Position numbers and translations under genes: made by a program | Origin: Clostridia bacterium | GTDB lineage: Bacteria; Bacillota; Clostridia; Monoglobales; Monoglobaceae | NCBI GenBank assembly: GCA_017436245.1 | Contig: JAFSDN010000088.1 | Coordinates: 10,075 to 74,074, forward strand | Length of the DNA stretch: 64,000 bases | Direction: 5' to 3' | Shown: positions 54,361 through 63,151 of the stretch, in pieces | Layout: each line of letters starts with the position of its first letter | Numbering within the stretch: the first letter of the stretch is position 1 | The notes under the pieces: generated by a model | Told to the model about the DNA's origin: nothing | Database searches by the model: none | The model's input: only the letters and a program-made list of their open reading frames with translations

Positions 54361-55794
54361 ATGGCACACAAGAAACAGTTATTACCATTCAGAAATGCAA
54401 TCAGAGCGGAAGAAGTTCCTGAATATATGAAGCGATGGGAAGAAAGACTTTCGGGTTTTGTAAGAATTGAGGAAATTGGAAATTGCAGCGGATTTCCAAT
54501 TTTTGCGGCATTCTTCACTGACCCGTCCGTTGATGACAAGCATAAACAGATTGCGCTCTTTACGGCGCAGCATTCCGGAATGGAAATCACGGGAATGACC
54601 ACACTTCTCAGCCTTGGCAACTATCTGGCATCGGGTGCAGATGATGCAAGGGAAATTATGAAAAAACAGATTGTGGTTATTGTGCCCTGCTCAAATCCAT
54701 ATTCCTATTCAAAGCTCTCTCCTGAATATCATTTTAAAAATGAAGCAGGAGTGGACGAATATATTTCCTTTAAATATGACGGAGTGAAAGACCCTGAAAT
54801 AGCACCTGCGGCTTATGCAACACAAATGCTCATTGACAGACTGAAGCCTGAGCTTCTCATTGACTGTCACGGTGTTAATTATGAACATCAGATGGTGCTG
54901 GAATCCCTTGGATATTCTGCGTTTGTTCTGAATCGTATGCACGACAGACGTTTTTGTGATGCAATTCAGCAAGGAGCGGTTGACAGAGGCTTTGGCGTTA
55001 TGAATGAAGACTTGATGCAAAAGCTCATTCCATCAGAGGAAATGTGCAAAACATCTCCGTATCGGGCACGGTTCCGACCCGGTGCAGAGGGAGGACCTTC
55101 AACGGTTTATGCCTATATAAAATATCATACTGTTGCCGCAACAATGGAAATTCATTGGGAGGAAAGCGGACTCTATCGCTTGCTTGCTGCCTTGAAGCAT
55201 GGCAACGAGGAATATCCTGTGAACATCATTGCATATCCTCAGGGACACCATGCCGTTTGTGTTGGGGGTGAAAATGCGGCAAAGACAAGAGAAAACAGAA
55301 TACGCCTGTGGCAGAATGCCGACAAAATCAGCACGGCAATTATACATCCCGAGTTAATCGGAGTCGGTGGATTGCTTGTTACAACATCAAAGGACAAAAT
55401 CCAAAGATATTTCAGGGAGCATCAGGAGGGACTTCCCATTGAAAGTCTTCTTGAAGATTTGAAGGATGAACCCAATATGGATATGGAGGGGTTAAATAGG
55501 TTTTTTGAAGAAAATCCCAATCAGCACGCCGCTCTGCATGATATGCAGGCAAGCGAAGAATCGGTATCCATGGGTGGAATGGTTATCAGGCTTGTTGCAC
55601 CCTTTGAGGATGCAAAGGAAACAAAGGTTCTGCTCAACGGCAGAGCGCTTTCAAAGGACGAATACAGCACAAAACTTGTGGAAAGTAATTATTATGTTGA
55701 AATATTGCTTCCTGACGATTATGAATATGACACGGCTCTTGCCCTGTTTACATATGACTGCAAGCATCCATACGAGGGAATACTTGAATTTTGA
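54361..55794 (+). CDS. Hypothetical cytoplasmic protein with an M14 carboxypeptidase-like N-terminal region
   Basis: 477 aa. The segments IALFTAQHSGMEITGMT...IVVIVPCSNPYSY...LLIDCHGV parallel the M14 layout (H-x-x-E, ..P..NPDG.., ..H..). The first motif, however, reads H-S-G-M-E. Confidence 0.35.
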   Translation: MAHKKQLLPFRNAIRAEEVPEYMKRWEERLSGFVRIEEIGNCSGFPIFAAFFTDPSVDDKHKQIALFTAQHSGMEITGMTTLLSLGNYLASGADDAREIMKKQIVVIVPCSNPYSYSKLSPEYHFKNEAGVDEYISFKYDGVKDPEIAPAAYATQMLIDRLKPELLIDCHGVNYEHQMVLESLGYSAFVLNRMHDRRFCDAIQQGAVDRGFGVMNEDLMQKLIPSEEMCKTSPYRARFRPGAEGGPSTVYAYIKYHTVAATMEIHWEESGLYRLLAALKHGNEEYPVNIIAYPQGHHAVCVGGENAAKTRENRIRLWQNADKISTAIIHPELIGVGGLLVTTSKDKIQRYFREHQEGLPIESLLEDLKDEPNMDMEGLNRFFEENPNQHAALHDMQASEESVSMGGMVIRLVAPFEDAKETKVLLNGRALSKDEYSTKLVESNYYVEILLPDDYEYDTALALFTYDCKHPYEGILEF

Positions 55795-55805
55795 GGAGGG
55801 CAAAA

Positions 55806-57125
55806 ATGGAAGTCAAGGTAATAAAAACTGTGAGCGGCAAAACCCCAATGACGGAATGTTCGGATATTTTGGTATGTGATGATGCGGAAAGGGAACACCC
55901 TCTTATTAATATATTTCCTGAAATTGAATTTCAGGAAATAAAGGGGTTTGGGGGAGCGTTTACCGAGGCAGCATCAACAACAATTGATAAGCTGAGCAAG
56001 GAAAACAGAGACAGAATTTTGAAGCTATATTTTGACAAGAATGAAGGGATTGGCTATAATTTCGGACGTGTGCATATGAACAGCTGCGATTTTTCGCTGG
56101 GAAATTATTCGTATGTTGAAGAAAACGACAAAACTCTTGAAAGTTTTGATATATCAAGGGATGAGCAATCTGTTATCCCCATGATAAAGGATGCAATGGA
56201 ATACGGCGAAATAACAATGTTCGCATCTCCCTGGAGTCCGCCTGCTTACATGAAAACAAACGGTCAAATGAATCAAGGGGGAAAGTTGAAAAAAGAGTTT
56301 TATGAGTTGTGGTCTGAATATTTTGCTAAATATATCAAAGAATATAAAAAAAGAGGTATAGACATTAGCATGGTTTCTGTTCAGAATGAACCAAAAGCCG
56401 TTCAGAAATGGGATTCGTGCGTATATACAGCCGAGGAAGAACGGGATTTTATCAAAGATTTTCTTGGCAAAAAAATGGCGGACATGGGCGTGAAACTTCT
56501 GTTTTGGGACCATAATAAGGAACGTGTTTTAGAAAGGGCTAAAATTGTTCTCGATGATGAAACCGAGAAATATGTTTATGGCATTGCTATGCATTGGTAC
56601 AGCGGTGACCATTTTGAACAGCTGGATATGTTCAGCAGATTATACCCTGACAAAGACATTGTTTTTTCCGAGGGATGCTATGAATACAGTCTGGGAGAAT
56701 CGGACACCGTAAAAATCGGCGAAAAATATGCACATGATATGATTGGAAACTTTAATAACGGTTGCAATATTTTCTGCGACTGGAATCTTGTTCTGAACGA
56801 AAAGGGCGGCCCTAACCATGTTGGAAATTTTTGTGATGCTCCAATTATGGCAGATACCGCAAATGATAAAGTTTATATACACGATTCTTATTATTATATC
56901 GGTCATTTCAGCAAGTATGTGCAAAAGGGCGCAAAGCGAATCGGAAGCAGCAAGTGGACATCTGAAATTGATACTGTATCATTTAAAAATCCTGACGGAA
57001 CCATTGTGTCGGTTGTGCTCAATTCAACAGATAACGAAAAAAGTTTTTGTTTTTATGTTGATGGAAAAATGTTTGAAACCAACGTGGAAGCTCATTCAAT
57101 TGCAACGTATATTTTTAGACCGTAA
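55806..57125 (+). CDS. Glycoside hydrolase family 30 (glucosylceramidase-like)
   Basis: The start ATG 55806 follows GAGGAGG. It carries the GH30 motifs GFGGAFTEAA, FASPWSPPAYMKTNG and VSVQNEP (acid/base Glu), with a nucleophile-region candidate IVFSEGC. No signal peptide. Confidence 0.85.
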   Translation: MEVKVIKTVSGKTPMTECSDILVCDDAEREHPLINIFPEIEFQEIKGFGGAFTEAASTTIDKLSKENRDRILKLYFDKNEGIGYNFGRVHMNSCDFSLGNYSYVEENDKTLESFDISRDEQSVIPMIKDAMEYGEITMFASPWSPPAYMKTNGQMNQGGKLKKEFYELWSEYFAKYIKEYKKRGIDISMVSVQNEPKAVQKWDSCVYTAEEERDFIKDFLGKKMADMGVKLLFWDHNKERVLERAKIVLDDETEKYVYGIAMHWYSGDHFEQLDMFSRLYPDKDIVFSEGCYEYSLGESDTVKIGEKYAHDMIGNFNNGCNIFCDWNLVLNEKGGPNHVGNFCDAPIMADTANDKVYIHDSYYYIGHFSKYVQKGAKRIGSSKWTSEIDTVSFKNPDGTIVSVVLNSTDNEKSFCFYVDGKMFETNVEAHSIATYIFRP

Positions 57126-57172
57126 ACAGGGTTTTGAAGCGGGGGATTATGTTGAAAAAAACGAAAACGGGA

Positions 57173-58372
57173 ATGGAGTCAATAAAAGAACTTTACAAAA
57201 TTGGCAGAGGCCCTTCCAGCTCTCATACCATAGGTCCTGAAAAAGCATGCTTGGTCTTTAAAGAGAGGAATTCTGATGCGGATTTTTTTAAAGTAACTCT
57301 TTACGGGTCGCTTGCAAAAACAGGAAAAGGTCATGGGACGGATGTTGTAATTCAAAAAGCATTTGCACCATGCAACTGTGAGGTTGAGTTTAATTGTGTT
57401 GAAACGGTACTTCCGCATCCGAATACTCTGGAGTTGCTTGCATTTACAGAGGGGGAAGTGGTAGATTCTGCCAGAGTTTTTAGTATAGGCGGCGGCAGTA
57501 TTGTATTTGAAGATTCAGAGGAAATACAAAAAGAAAAAATTTATAATCTGTGTAAATTTGCAGATATTGCAGCCTATTGCGAGCAGAAGTCAATCAGGCT
57601 TTGGGAATATGCTCTTGAAGTTGAAGATGATGACTTTTTTAAGTATATGCTGTATGTATGGGAAGCAATGAAGAATTCCATAAAAAGTGGACTTGCGGAT
57701 TCGGGAACATTGCCCGGAGGACTTGAAGTTCAGAAAAAAGCGCAGTACTTGTTCAGCAGTCAGCATATTGATGAATCTGCGGAAACTCGTGAACACAGAA
57801 TGGTCTGTTCCTATGCTTTTGCCGTGGGAGAACAAAATGCTTCGGGCGAAAGAATTGTCACAGCGCCAACCTGCGGAGCGGCAGGGGTCGTGCCTGCTGT
57901 ACTGTTATATCAACAAGAAAAGCACAGGTTTAGTGATGAAAGAATTGTGCAGGCGTTAATCACAGCAGGAATTATCGGGAACATAATTAAAACAAATGGG
58001 TCAATTTCAGGTGCAGAATGTGGTTGCCAGGCGGAAATAGGAAGTGCCTGTGCAATGGCTGCGGCAGCGCTTGCGGAGTTGTTCGGACTCTCTTTGGACA
58101 AAATAGAATATGCTGCCGAAATTGCCATTGAGCATCATCTTGGTCTGACCTGCGATCCGATTTGCGGACTTGTGCAGATTCCTTGCATTGAGAGAAATGC
58201 TGTGGCTGCAATGCGTGCAATCAATGCTGTCAGCCTTGCAAGTTTTTTGTGGAATACCCGAAAAATTTCCTTTGACAGCATTGTAAAAACCATGAAGGAA
58301 ACAGGCAGGGATATTCATACTTCCTATAAAGAAACGTCGGAAGCAGGACTTGCAAAAATTAATATTCAATAA
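57173..58372 (+). CDS. sdaA: L-serine ammonia-lyase (iron-sulfur type, fused beta+alpha chains)
   Basis: The N-terminus MESIKELYKIGRGPSSSHTIGP matches the canonical SdaA start. The alpha-domain motifs TAPTCGAAGVVPAVL and ISGAECGCQAEIGSACAMAA are present. In-frame alternative starts exist at 57149 and 57134. Confidence 0.85.
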   Translation: MESIKELYKIGRGPSSSHTIGPEKACLVFKERNSDADFFKVTLYGSLAKTGKGHGTDVVIQKAFAPCNCEVEFNCVETVLPHPNTLELLAFTEGEVVDSARVFSIGGGSIVFEDSEEIQKEKIYNLCKFADIAAYCEQKSIRLWEYALEVEDDDFFKYMLYVWEAMKNSIKSGLADSGTLPGGLEVQKKAQYLFSSQHIDESAETREHRMVCSYAFAVGEQNASGERIVTAPTCGAAGVVPAVLLYQQEKHRFSDERIVQALITAGIIGNIIKTNGSISGAECGCQAEIGSACAMAAAALAELFGLSLDKIEYAAEIAIEHHLGLTCDPICGLVQIPCIERNAVAAMRAINAVSLASFLWNTRKISFDSIVKTMKETGRDIHTSYKETSEAGLAKINIQ

Positions 58373-58402
58373 TGCTATTGTGAAAAAAATATATATTGAG
58401 TG

Positions 58403-58447
58403 AAGGAAGCTGTATCAAGTAAAGCTGATTCAGCTTCCTTTTACTTT
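58403..58447. terminator. Terminator hairpin between convergent sdaA and the amidase gene
   Basis: A 10-bp stem aaggaagctg/cagcttcctt with an 18-nt loop, followed by ttactttt. Confidence 0.6.
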
Positions 58448-58467
58448 TGGGGTCAAAGGCGTTTTTT

Positions 58468-59031
58468 TCAGCGTGGTCGGGGAAGTCCCACGGCGTTTAC
58501 AATTCCGTTGAAAATTGCGGCTGCAACGGCTCTTTGCCATGCGGGGCTGTTCAGGTTCAGGGCTTCGGTGCTGTTGGTCAGGTAGCCCAACTCAACAAGG
58601 ACGGCGGGCATATTTGTCCGGCGCAGGACGGCAAAGTTTGCCTGCATAACTCCACGGTTTCTTGAACCCAGCTCATTGGAAATTGAATTGACAATTGACT
58701 GAGCAAGACGTTCGGAAGTTCCTCCAAGGCGGTAGACGTAGGCTTCAACTCCCTGCGCATCAGGGCGGACAGAGCTGTTTGTGTGGATGCTGATGAAGTA
58801 GTCGGCATTCCAGTTATTTGCCATTTGCGCCCTATTACGCAGGTCTGCATTTTTGTTTTCCAGAACATTTTCATCGCTTGTGGTTCGGTAAATCATTGTT
58901 TCGTAACCTGCTTCACGAAGAAGTCTTTCAAGCTCAAGAGCAACGTTGAGGTTCACGAATTCTTCGGTTACGCCGTTGCCCACGGCACCCGGGTCAGGCC
59001 CGCCGTGTCCGGGGTCGATAAATATTTTCAT
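58468..59031 (-). CDS. N-acetylmuramoyl-L-alanine amidase (Amidase_3, CwlD-like catalytic domain only)
   Basis: The start was set at ATG 59031 (MKIFIDPGHGGPDPGAVG) after AGGAGTG. It carries the motifs ISIHTNS and VLVELGYLTN. It is 187 aa and has no signal peptide or wall-binding domain. Confidence 0.85.
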   Translation of the reverse strand: MKIFIDPGHGGPDPGAVGNGVTEEFVNLNVALELERLLREAGYETMIYRTTSDENVLENKNADLRNRAQMANNWNADYFISIHTNSSVRPDAQGVEAYVYRLGGTSERLAQSIVNSISNELGSRNRGVMQANFAVLRRTNMPAVLVELGYLTNSTEALNLNSPAWQRAVAAAIFNGIVNAVGLPRPR

Positions 59032-59293
59032 TGTAATCACACTCCTGTTATAATTTCCTGTTATCAGTATATTTTTTGAGGAACATAATGTTACAAAAAA
59101 GGCTTTTTTTGACGAAAAATAAGTTTTAGAAAAATGTAATGCGGCTGTAATGCCTTTGTAACAATTGTGTGTTATAATCAAATTAGCAAGATTGGAAAAG
59201 TCTTGGTTTGAGAGTGTTTGACAATGCTCTTTGATGAAGGTTTTACATATCCGGTTGTACATCGGAAAAGATTTTTTGACAAGGAGGCTGTTT

Positions 59294-59776
59294 ATGAAAA
59301 AAATATTTTCGTTTTTTTTGGTAGCGATGATTTTGTTGGTATGCAGCATTGGTGTTTTTGCATCGCCTGAAACCATTTCGGCTGATGTGACAGGAACCAC
59401 CTCGGATCTTATCAGTATAACAAAGCCTGAAAACCAAAAGGATTCAACGTTTAATTCAACCTATATTATTTCGGGTTACGGAATGGGCGGCACGGTGGTG
59501 ACACTGTACGGCTACAATCCTCAAACGGGGCTTTATGAAAAGGTCTATAATGCAACCGAGTTTGTTGATGTGAACGGTGCATCACAGAATGTTCAGACCA
59601 GTGCGGAGGTTACCATAGGCACTTCGGGACTTTTTATGGGTTCGGTGAATCTTGATGACGGAGAAAACACCATTCTGGTGCGCGCAGCGAACGGTGATAA
59701 GGTACAGCTTATGAAGCTGTCTCTGACAAAATATAATTACAATATCATTGACTTGATTAAGTCCTTGTCGGCATAA
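59294..59776 (+). CDS. Small secreted hypothetical protein (Ig-like?)
   Basis: The start was set at ATG 59294 after AAGGAGG. The signal peptide is MKKIFSFFLVAMILLVCSIGVFA/SP. 160 aa, with no family recognised. Confidence 0.5.
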   Translation: MKKIFSFFLVAMILLVCSIGVFASPETISADVTGTTSDLISITKPENQKDSTFNSTYIISGYGMGGTVVTLYGYNPQTGLYEKVYNATEFVDVNGASQNVQTSAEVTIGTSGLFMGSVNLDDGENTILVRAANGDKVQLMKLSLTKYNYNIIDLIKSLSA

Positions 59777-59824
59777 TTGCGGTTTGGATTGCAGGTCGTG
59801 ATGTATAACGGATTTGCAGTTTTT

Positions 59825-59852
59825 CAAGGGCGACCAAAGGTCGTCCTTGTTT
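59825..59852 (+). terminator. Rho-independent terminator
   Basis: A stem caagggcgacc/ggtcgtccttg containing one G-T pair, with loop aaa, followed by ttt. Confidence 0.55.
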
Positions 59853-59907
59853 GCATAACAGGAAGTCGGCTGCAAAATCTTAGTTTTGGGAAAGGGAGGC
59901 TTGTGCA

Positions 59908-61338
59908 GTGAAATTTCTTACACGCAGTCAAAAAAAGATGTTGATTGAAAGGATAAAAACTGTTTTGATTATTGTCCTTTGTGTTTGCTGTGTTCAGTGT
60001 ATGCTGAGAGTTATTGAGCTGTACAGGGGTGAAAGTGCACCCAACGGAGTTTTTTGGGGCAGTGATACGTCAAAAGCTCAGCCGGATGCCGAAAAAGAGA
60101 ATGTTGAAAACAAATACTGGCGGTTGACTGCACCCGAACTTGTTATGCTGAAGCATTCGCAGGGCAGATATGTTTTTGGGGCTTCTGAGGAGGGCTACGG
60201 CGAGCTTCTCAAAATGATTGAAATGGGAATCAAGGACATGCACGCAAAATCTGCATCGAGCTATGCGAAAAATACCGAGGAGGAATGGAAAAAAGCTCTT
60301 GACGGAAACGGATTGTACGTGAAGTTTGGATGTGCACGGAATTCGGCATTTGAAGCGCAGCTTTTGAATGTTTTGGCAAGCGGTCTGGAAGCAAATGCAA
60401 AAAAATATTCGGAGCTCATTTTTGTTCCCGATGCAAAGAGTGACAATGTGAAGGCTTTTTTGCGTGCTGATGATACAAAGGACGTTTTTTCGGTTATGTG
60501 CAAGGTGCCGCATAGGATTTTTGATGAGGTTGCAAAGAAAATTACCGACAGCGCAAAAAAGAATTCGGTTTTTGCATATGAACTTAACCTTGACATAGAA
60601 GGGGGACACAGCTTGCTTCTTGATTCAATGATAATGCTCCCTGTTGGTGAAAGAAAAGCAAATCTTGTGGTATCGGGAATTCCTGTGAAGTACAAGGAAG
60701 GAATTAAGTTTAATCAGACAAGCGAGTTTTCGGTTAATCTGATTACCGCCTTTGGCTATAATCCAAACACAATCAGACGTTATGCTGACAGCGAAGGAAA
60801 GCTGATTCTTGTCAGCGAGACGGGAACCATAAGTGTTCGGCCTGACGGACAGATTGAATACAAAGCATTGAGTGAAAACGACGGTGTTTCCATGCTGGTG
60901 TCGGGAAAGACCCAAATGGATGCATATTCTGTTATTGAGAGTGTTTCAACCCTTAATCAGAACATTCTTGCGGTGAGCGGTGTGGGTAGTGAAAAGAATT
61001 ATGCAACACTGCGGATTGTTGAATACCCTGATTTGAACGATTTGTCGGAAATCCGAATAAGCATGGATTATTTTATTGACAATGTGCGTGTGAAGCTTGG
61101 CAACAGGGCGGCGGTTGAAGCTGTTATCAAGAATGGGATTCTTGCGGAGTACAGAATAAACGTGAGGGCGGTTGAAAAGCTGAATGAGGAATCGGTTTGT
61201 GATGATGTTTTGACAGCGGTTGATGATTTTTGCGAAAAAAACAAAGCCTGCAAAAAAATAACCGGAAGCCGTCTTGTTTATGAAATCAAGGAAGACGTAA
61301 ACGAGACTCCGGCAGTCTGGGAAATCAGGGGGGAATAG
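59908..61338 (+). CDS. YycH-like membrane-anchored extracytoplasmic protein
   Basis: 476 aa. A GTG start follows AGGGAGG. It has a single N-terminal TM segment (IERIKTVLIIVLCV), like Bacillus YycH (ENIKTILLTVLVV, recalled from memory). It lies immediately upstream of a YycI-like gene. Confidence 0.45.
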   Translation: MKFLTRSQKKMLIERIKTVLIIVLCVCCVQCMLRVIELYRGESAPNGVFWGSDTSKAQPDAEKENVENKYWRLTAPELVMLKHSQGRYVFGASEEGYGELLKMIEMGIKDMHAKSASSYAKNTEEEWKKALDGNGLYVKFGCARNSAFEAQLLNVLASGLEANAKKYSELIFVPDAKSDNVKAFLRADDTKDVFSVMCKVPHRIFDEVAKKITDSAKKNSVFAYELNLDIEGGHSLLLDSMIMLPVGERKANLVVSGIPVKYKEGIKFNQTSEFSVNLITAFGYNPNTIRRYADSEGKLILVSETGTISVRPDGQIEYKALSENDGVSMLVSGKTQMDAYSVIESVSTLNQNILAVSGVGSEKNYATLRIVEYPDLNDLSEIRISMDYFIDNVRVKLGNRAAVEAVIKNGILAEYRINVRAVEKLNEESVCDDVLTAVDDFCEKNKACKKITGSRLVYEIKEDVNETPAVWEIRGE

Positions 61339-61340
61339 CC

Positions 61341-62183
61341 ATGGATTTGAGCAGACTGAAAACGGTTTTTATTGTCATACTGATGATTGCGAATATTTTT
61401 ATGGGATATATGATTTATAATGCGGAGATACATGAGCGGGAAGAACGTCTTGCCATGACCGCTGATGTTTCGCATATTCTTGAAAAGGAAAGAATTTTTC
61501 TTCCTGATGATTTTGAGATTCCCGAAACACCTGATGCCAACAACTATTATCTGGAAAAAATGTTTGGAAGCTCGGATGAAATGCTTCTGGTTTTTCTTGG
61601 CGAGGGTTATGTTGAGGCGGGCGACAGAATGTTTGAGAGCGACATGGGAACGCTTTTTATCAACGGTGATGAGTTTGTGTACAGAAAAAAGAATGTTGGA
61701 GCCTCGGTTGGGGATTATTCAACCGAGAAAATTGAAAGCATGTGCCGTGAAGAAATGAACCGACTTGGGATTATGGAAGAGGCTTATTCCTTTAACGGCG
61801 TTAATCAGATTCCCGATGGCAAAAAAGCAATATTCACGGTTAAACACAATGATGCGGAGTTTTTTGATGCATATATGTCTTTTGACGTGACAAAGAACGG
61901 AGTTACGGCAATTGGCGGAAAAAACATTATTTCGGCATTGGAGGTTGCGGAAAGCTCGGAGATTTACCCAAATGTTGAGGGAGTTCTTGTGGGGTTGATA
62001 AAAAGCCGTAATCTTGCTGAGAATATGGTTCACAGAATTATCAGCGTCAAGCACGGGTATTATATAGGAAGAACGGAAGAAAGCTATCGGAATATTCTTG
62101 CCATTCCTGTGTGGCAGATTGCCCTTGAGTCGGGACAGATTCTTCATTTTGATGCCAGAAACGGCAGAGAGCTTGAAGAATAG
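61341..62183 (+). CDS. YycI-like membrane-anchored extracytoplasmic protein
   Basis: 280 aa. The N-terminus MDLSRLKTVFIVILMIANIFMGYMIY closely resembles the YycI N-terminus (MDWNKTKTIFIIAFLILNVFL, recalled from memory). Confidence 0.5.
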   Translation: MDLSRLKTVFIVILMIANIFMGYMIYNAEIHEREERLAMTADVSHILEKERIFLPDDFEIPETPDANNYYLEKMFGSSDEMLLVFLGEGYVEAGDRMFESDMGTLFINGDEFVYRKKNVGASVGDYSTEKIESMCREEMNRLGIMEEAYSFNGVNQIPDGKKAIFTVKHNDAEFFDAYMSFDVTKNGVTAIGGKNIISALEVAESSEIYPNVEGVLVGLIKSRNLAENMVHRIISVKHGYYIGRTEESYRNILAIPVWQIALESGQILHFDARNGRELEE

Positions 62184-62195
62184 GAGGAAAAGGCT

Positions 62196-63056
62196 ATGGC
62201 GAAGATTTCGGACTGGAAGCCTGATACATTTGATATAAATATCGGAGATATGATGCTTTCGGTTATTGATTCAAATGAACATATTGAGGACAGCAGATGC
62301 GAAATGCATTTTCATTCTGTTTATGAGCTGCAGTATGTGCGGAGCGGGTCAATGCCCATAAGAACGGCAGGTGACTCGGATACTGTCGGTGAGGGTGAAT
62401 ATATTATTATTCCGCCCAACTGTCTTCATTCAACGGAAAATTCCGATGCAGAAAAATACGCTTTTTTGTTTTCGCTGAATTTTTTGCCGAAAGTAAATTC
62501 GGAAACGTCGGAATATCGGTATTATAACGGAATATTAGGCGGTATGGACGGGGTTCTGATACACAACAATAATACGGTGACTGACTGTGTTAACCGCATA
62601 ATCGGGGTAAGGCAGTCGGGAATTTCGGGACATAAACTGAAAATCCTTTTTGGAATGTTGCTTCTTGCTGTTGCCGAAGAGGTTTCGGAAAATGAGAATG
62701 ATGTTGCAAAGGAAAATATTTGTGATGTGAACGAAACCCTTTACAAACAAAAGCTCAGAGGGGTTGTTGGGGATTATATATCACGTTTTTGTAATGAAAA
62801 TGATATTCTTGCCTCTGTTGCGGGAATTCTGCATATGAGCGAGCGAAATACTGCGCGCATTATCAAGGATGTTTTTGGTGTTTCCCTGTCGACCCTTGTG
62901 CTTAATCAGCGTATGGTGTATGCAAAGGAACTGATTATGAATTCGGAACGGTCTTTGACTGAAATTGCCGAAAAGGTGGGATACAGGGAGTATAATACCT
63001 TTTACAAGGCTTTTAAAAAGCATTACGGGATTTCGCCTGAGAATATGCGAGTGTGA
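62196..63056 (+). CDS. AraC-family transcriptional regulator (cupin sensor + HTH)
   Basis: 286 aa with RBS AGGAGGA. It has an N-terminal cupin-like region (HFHSVYELQYV...IIIPPNCLHS) and a C-terminal AraC HTH (LTEIAEKVGYREYNTFYKAFKKHYGISP). Confidence 0.85.
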   Translation: MAKISDWKPDTFDINIGDMMLSVIDSNEHIEDSRCEMHFHSVYELQYVRSGSMPIRTAGDSDTVGEGEYIIIPPNCLHSTENSDAEKYAFLFSLNFLPKVNSETSEYRYYNGILGGMDGVLIHNNNTVTDCVNRIIGVRQSGISGHKLKILFGMLLLAVAEEVSENENDVAKENICDVNETLYKQKLRGVVGDYISRFCNENDILASVAGILHMSERNTARIIKDVFGVSLSTLVLNQRMVYAKELIMNSERSLTEIAEKVGYREYNTFYKAFKKHYGISPENMRV

Positions 63057-63151
63057 ATTTTCGGACAGTTTTTGAAAAATATCAGCAAAAAATTCAGTTT
63101 ACTCAGACCTTGCTGTGTGATAAGATAAACATACAGAAAGGTTGTGAAAAC

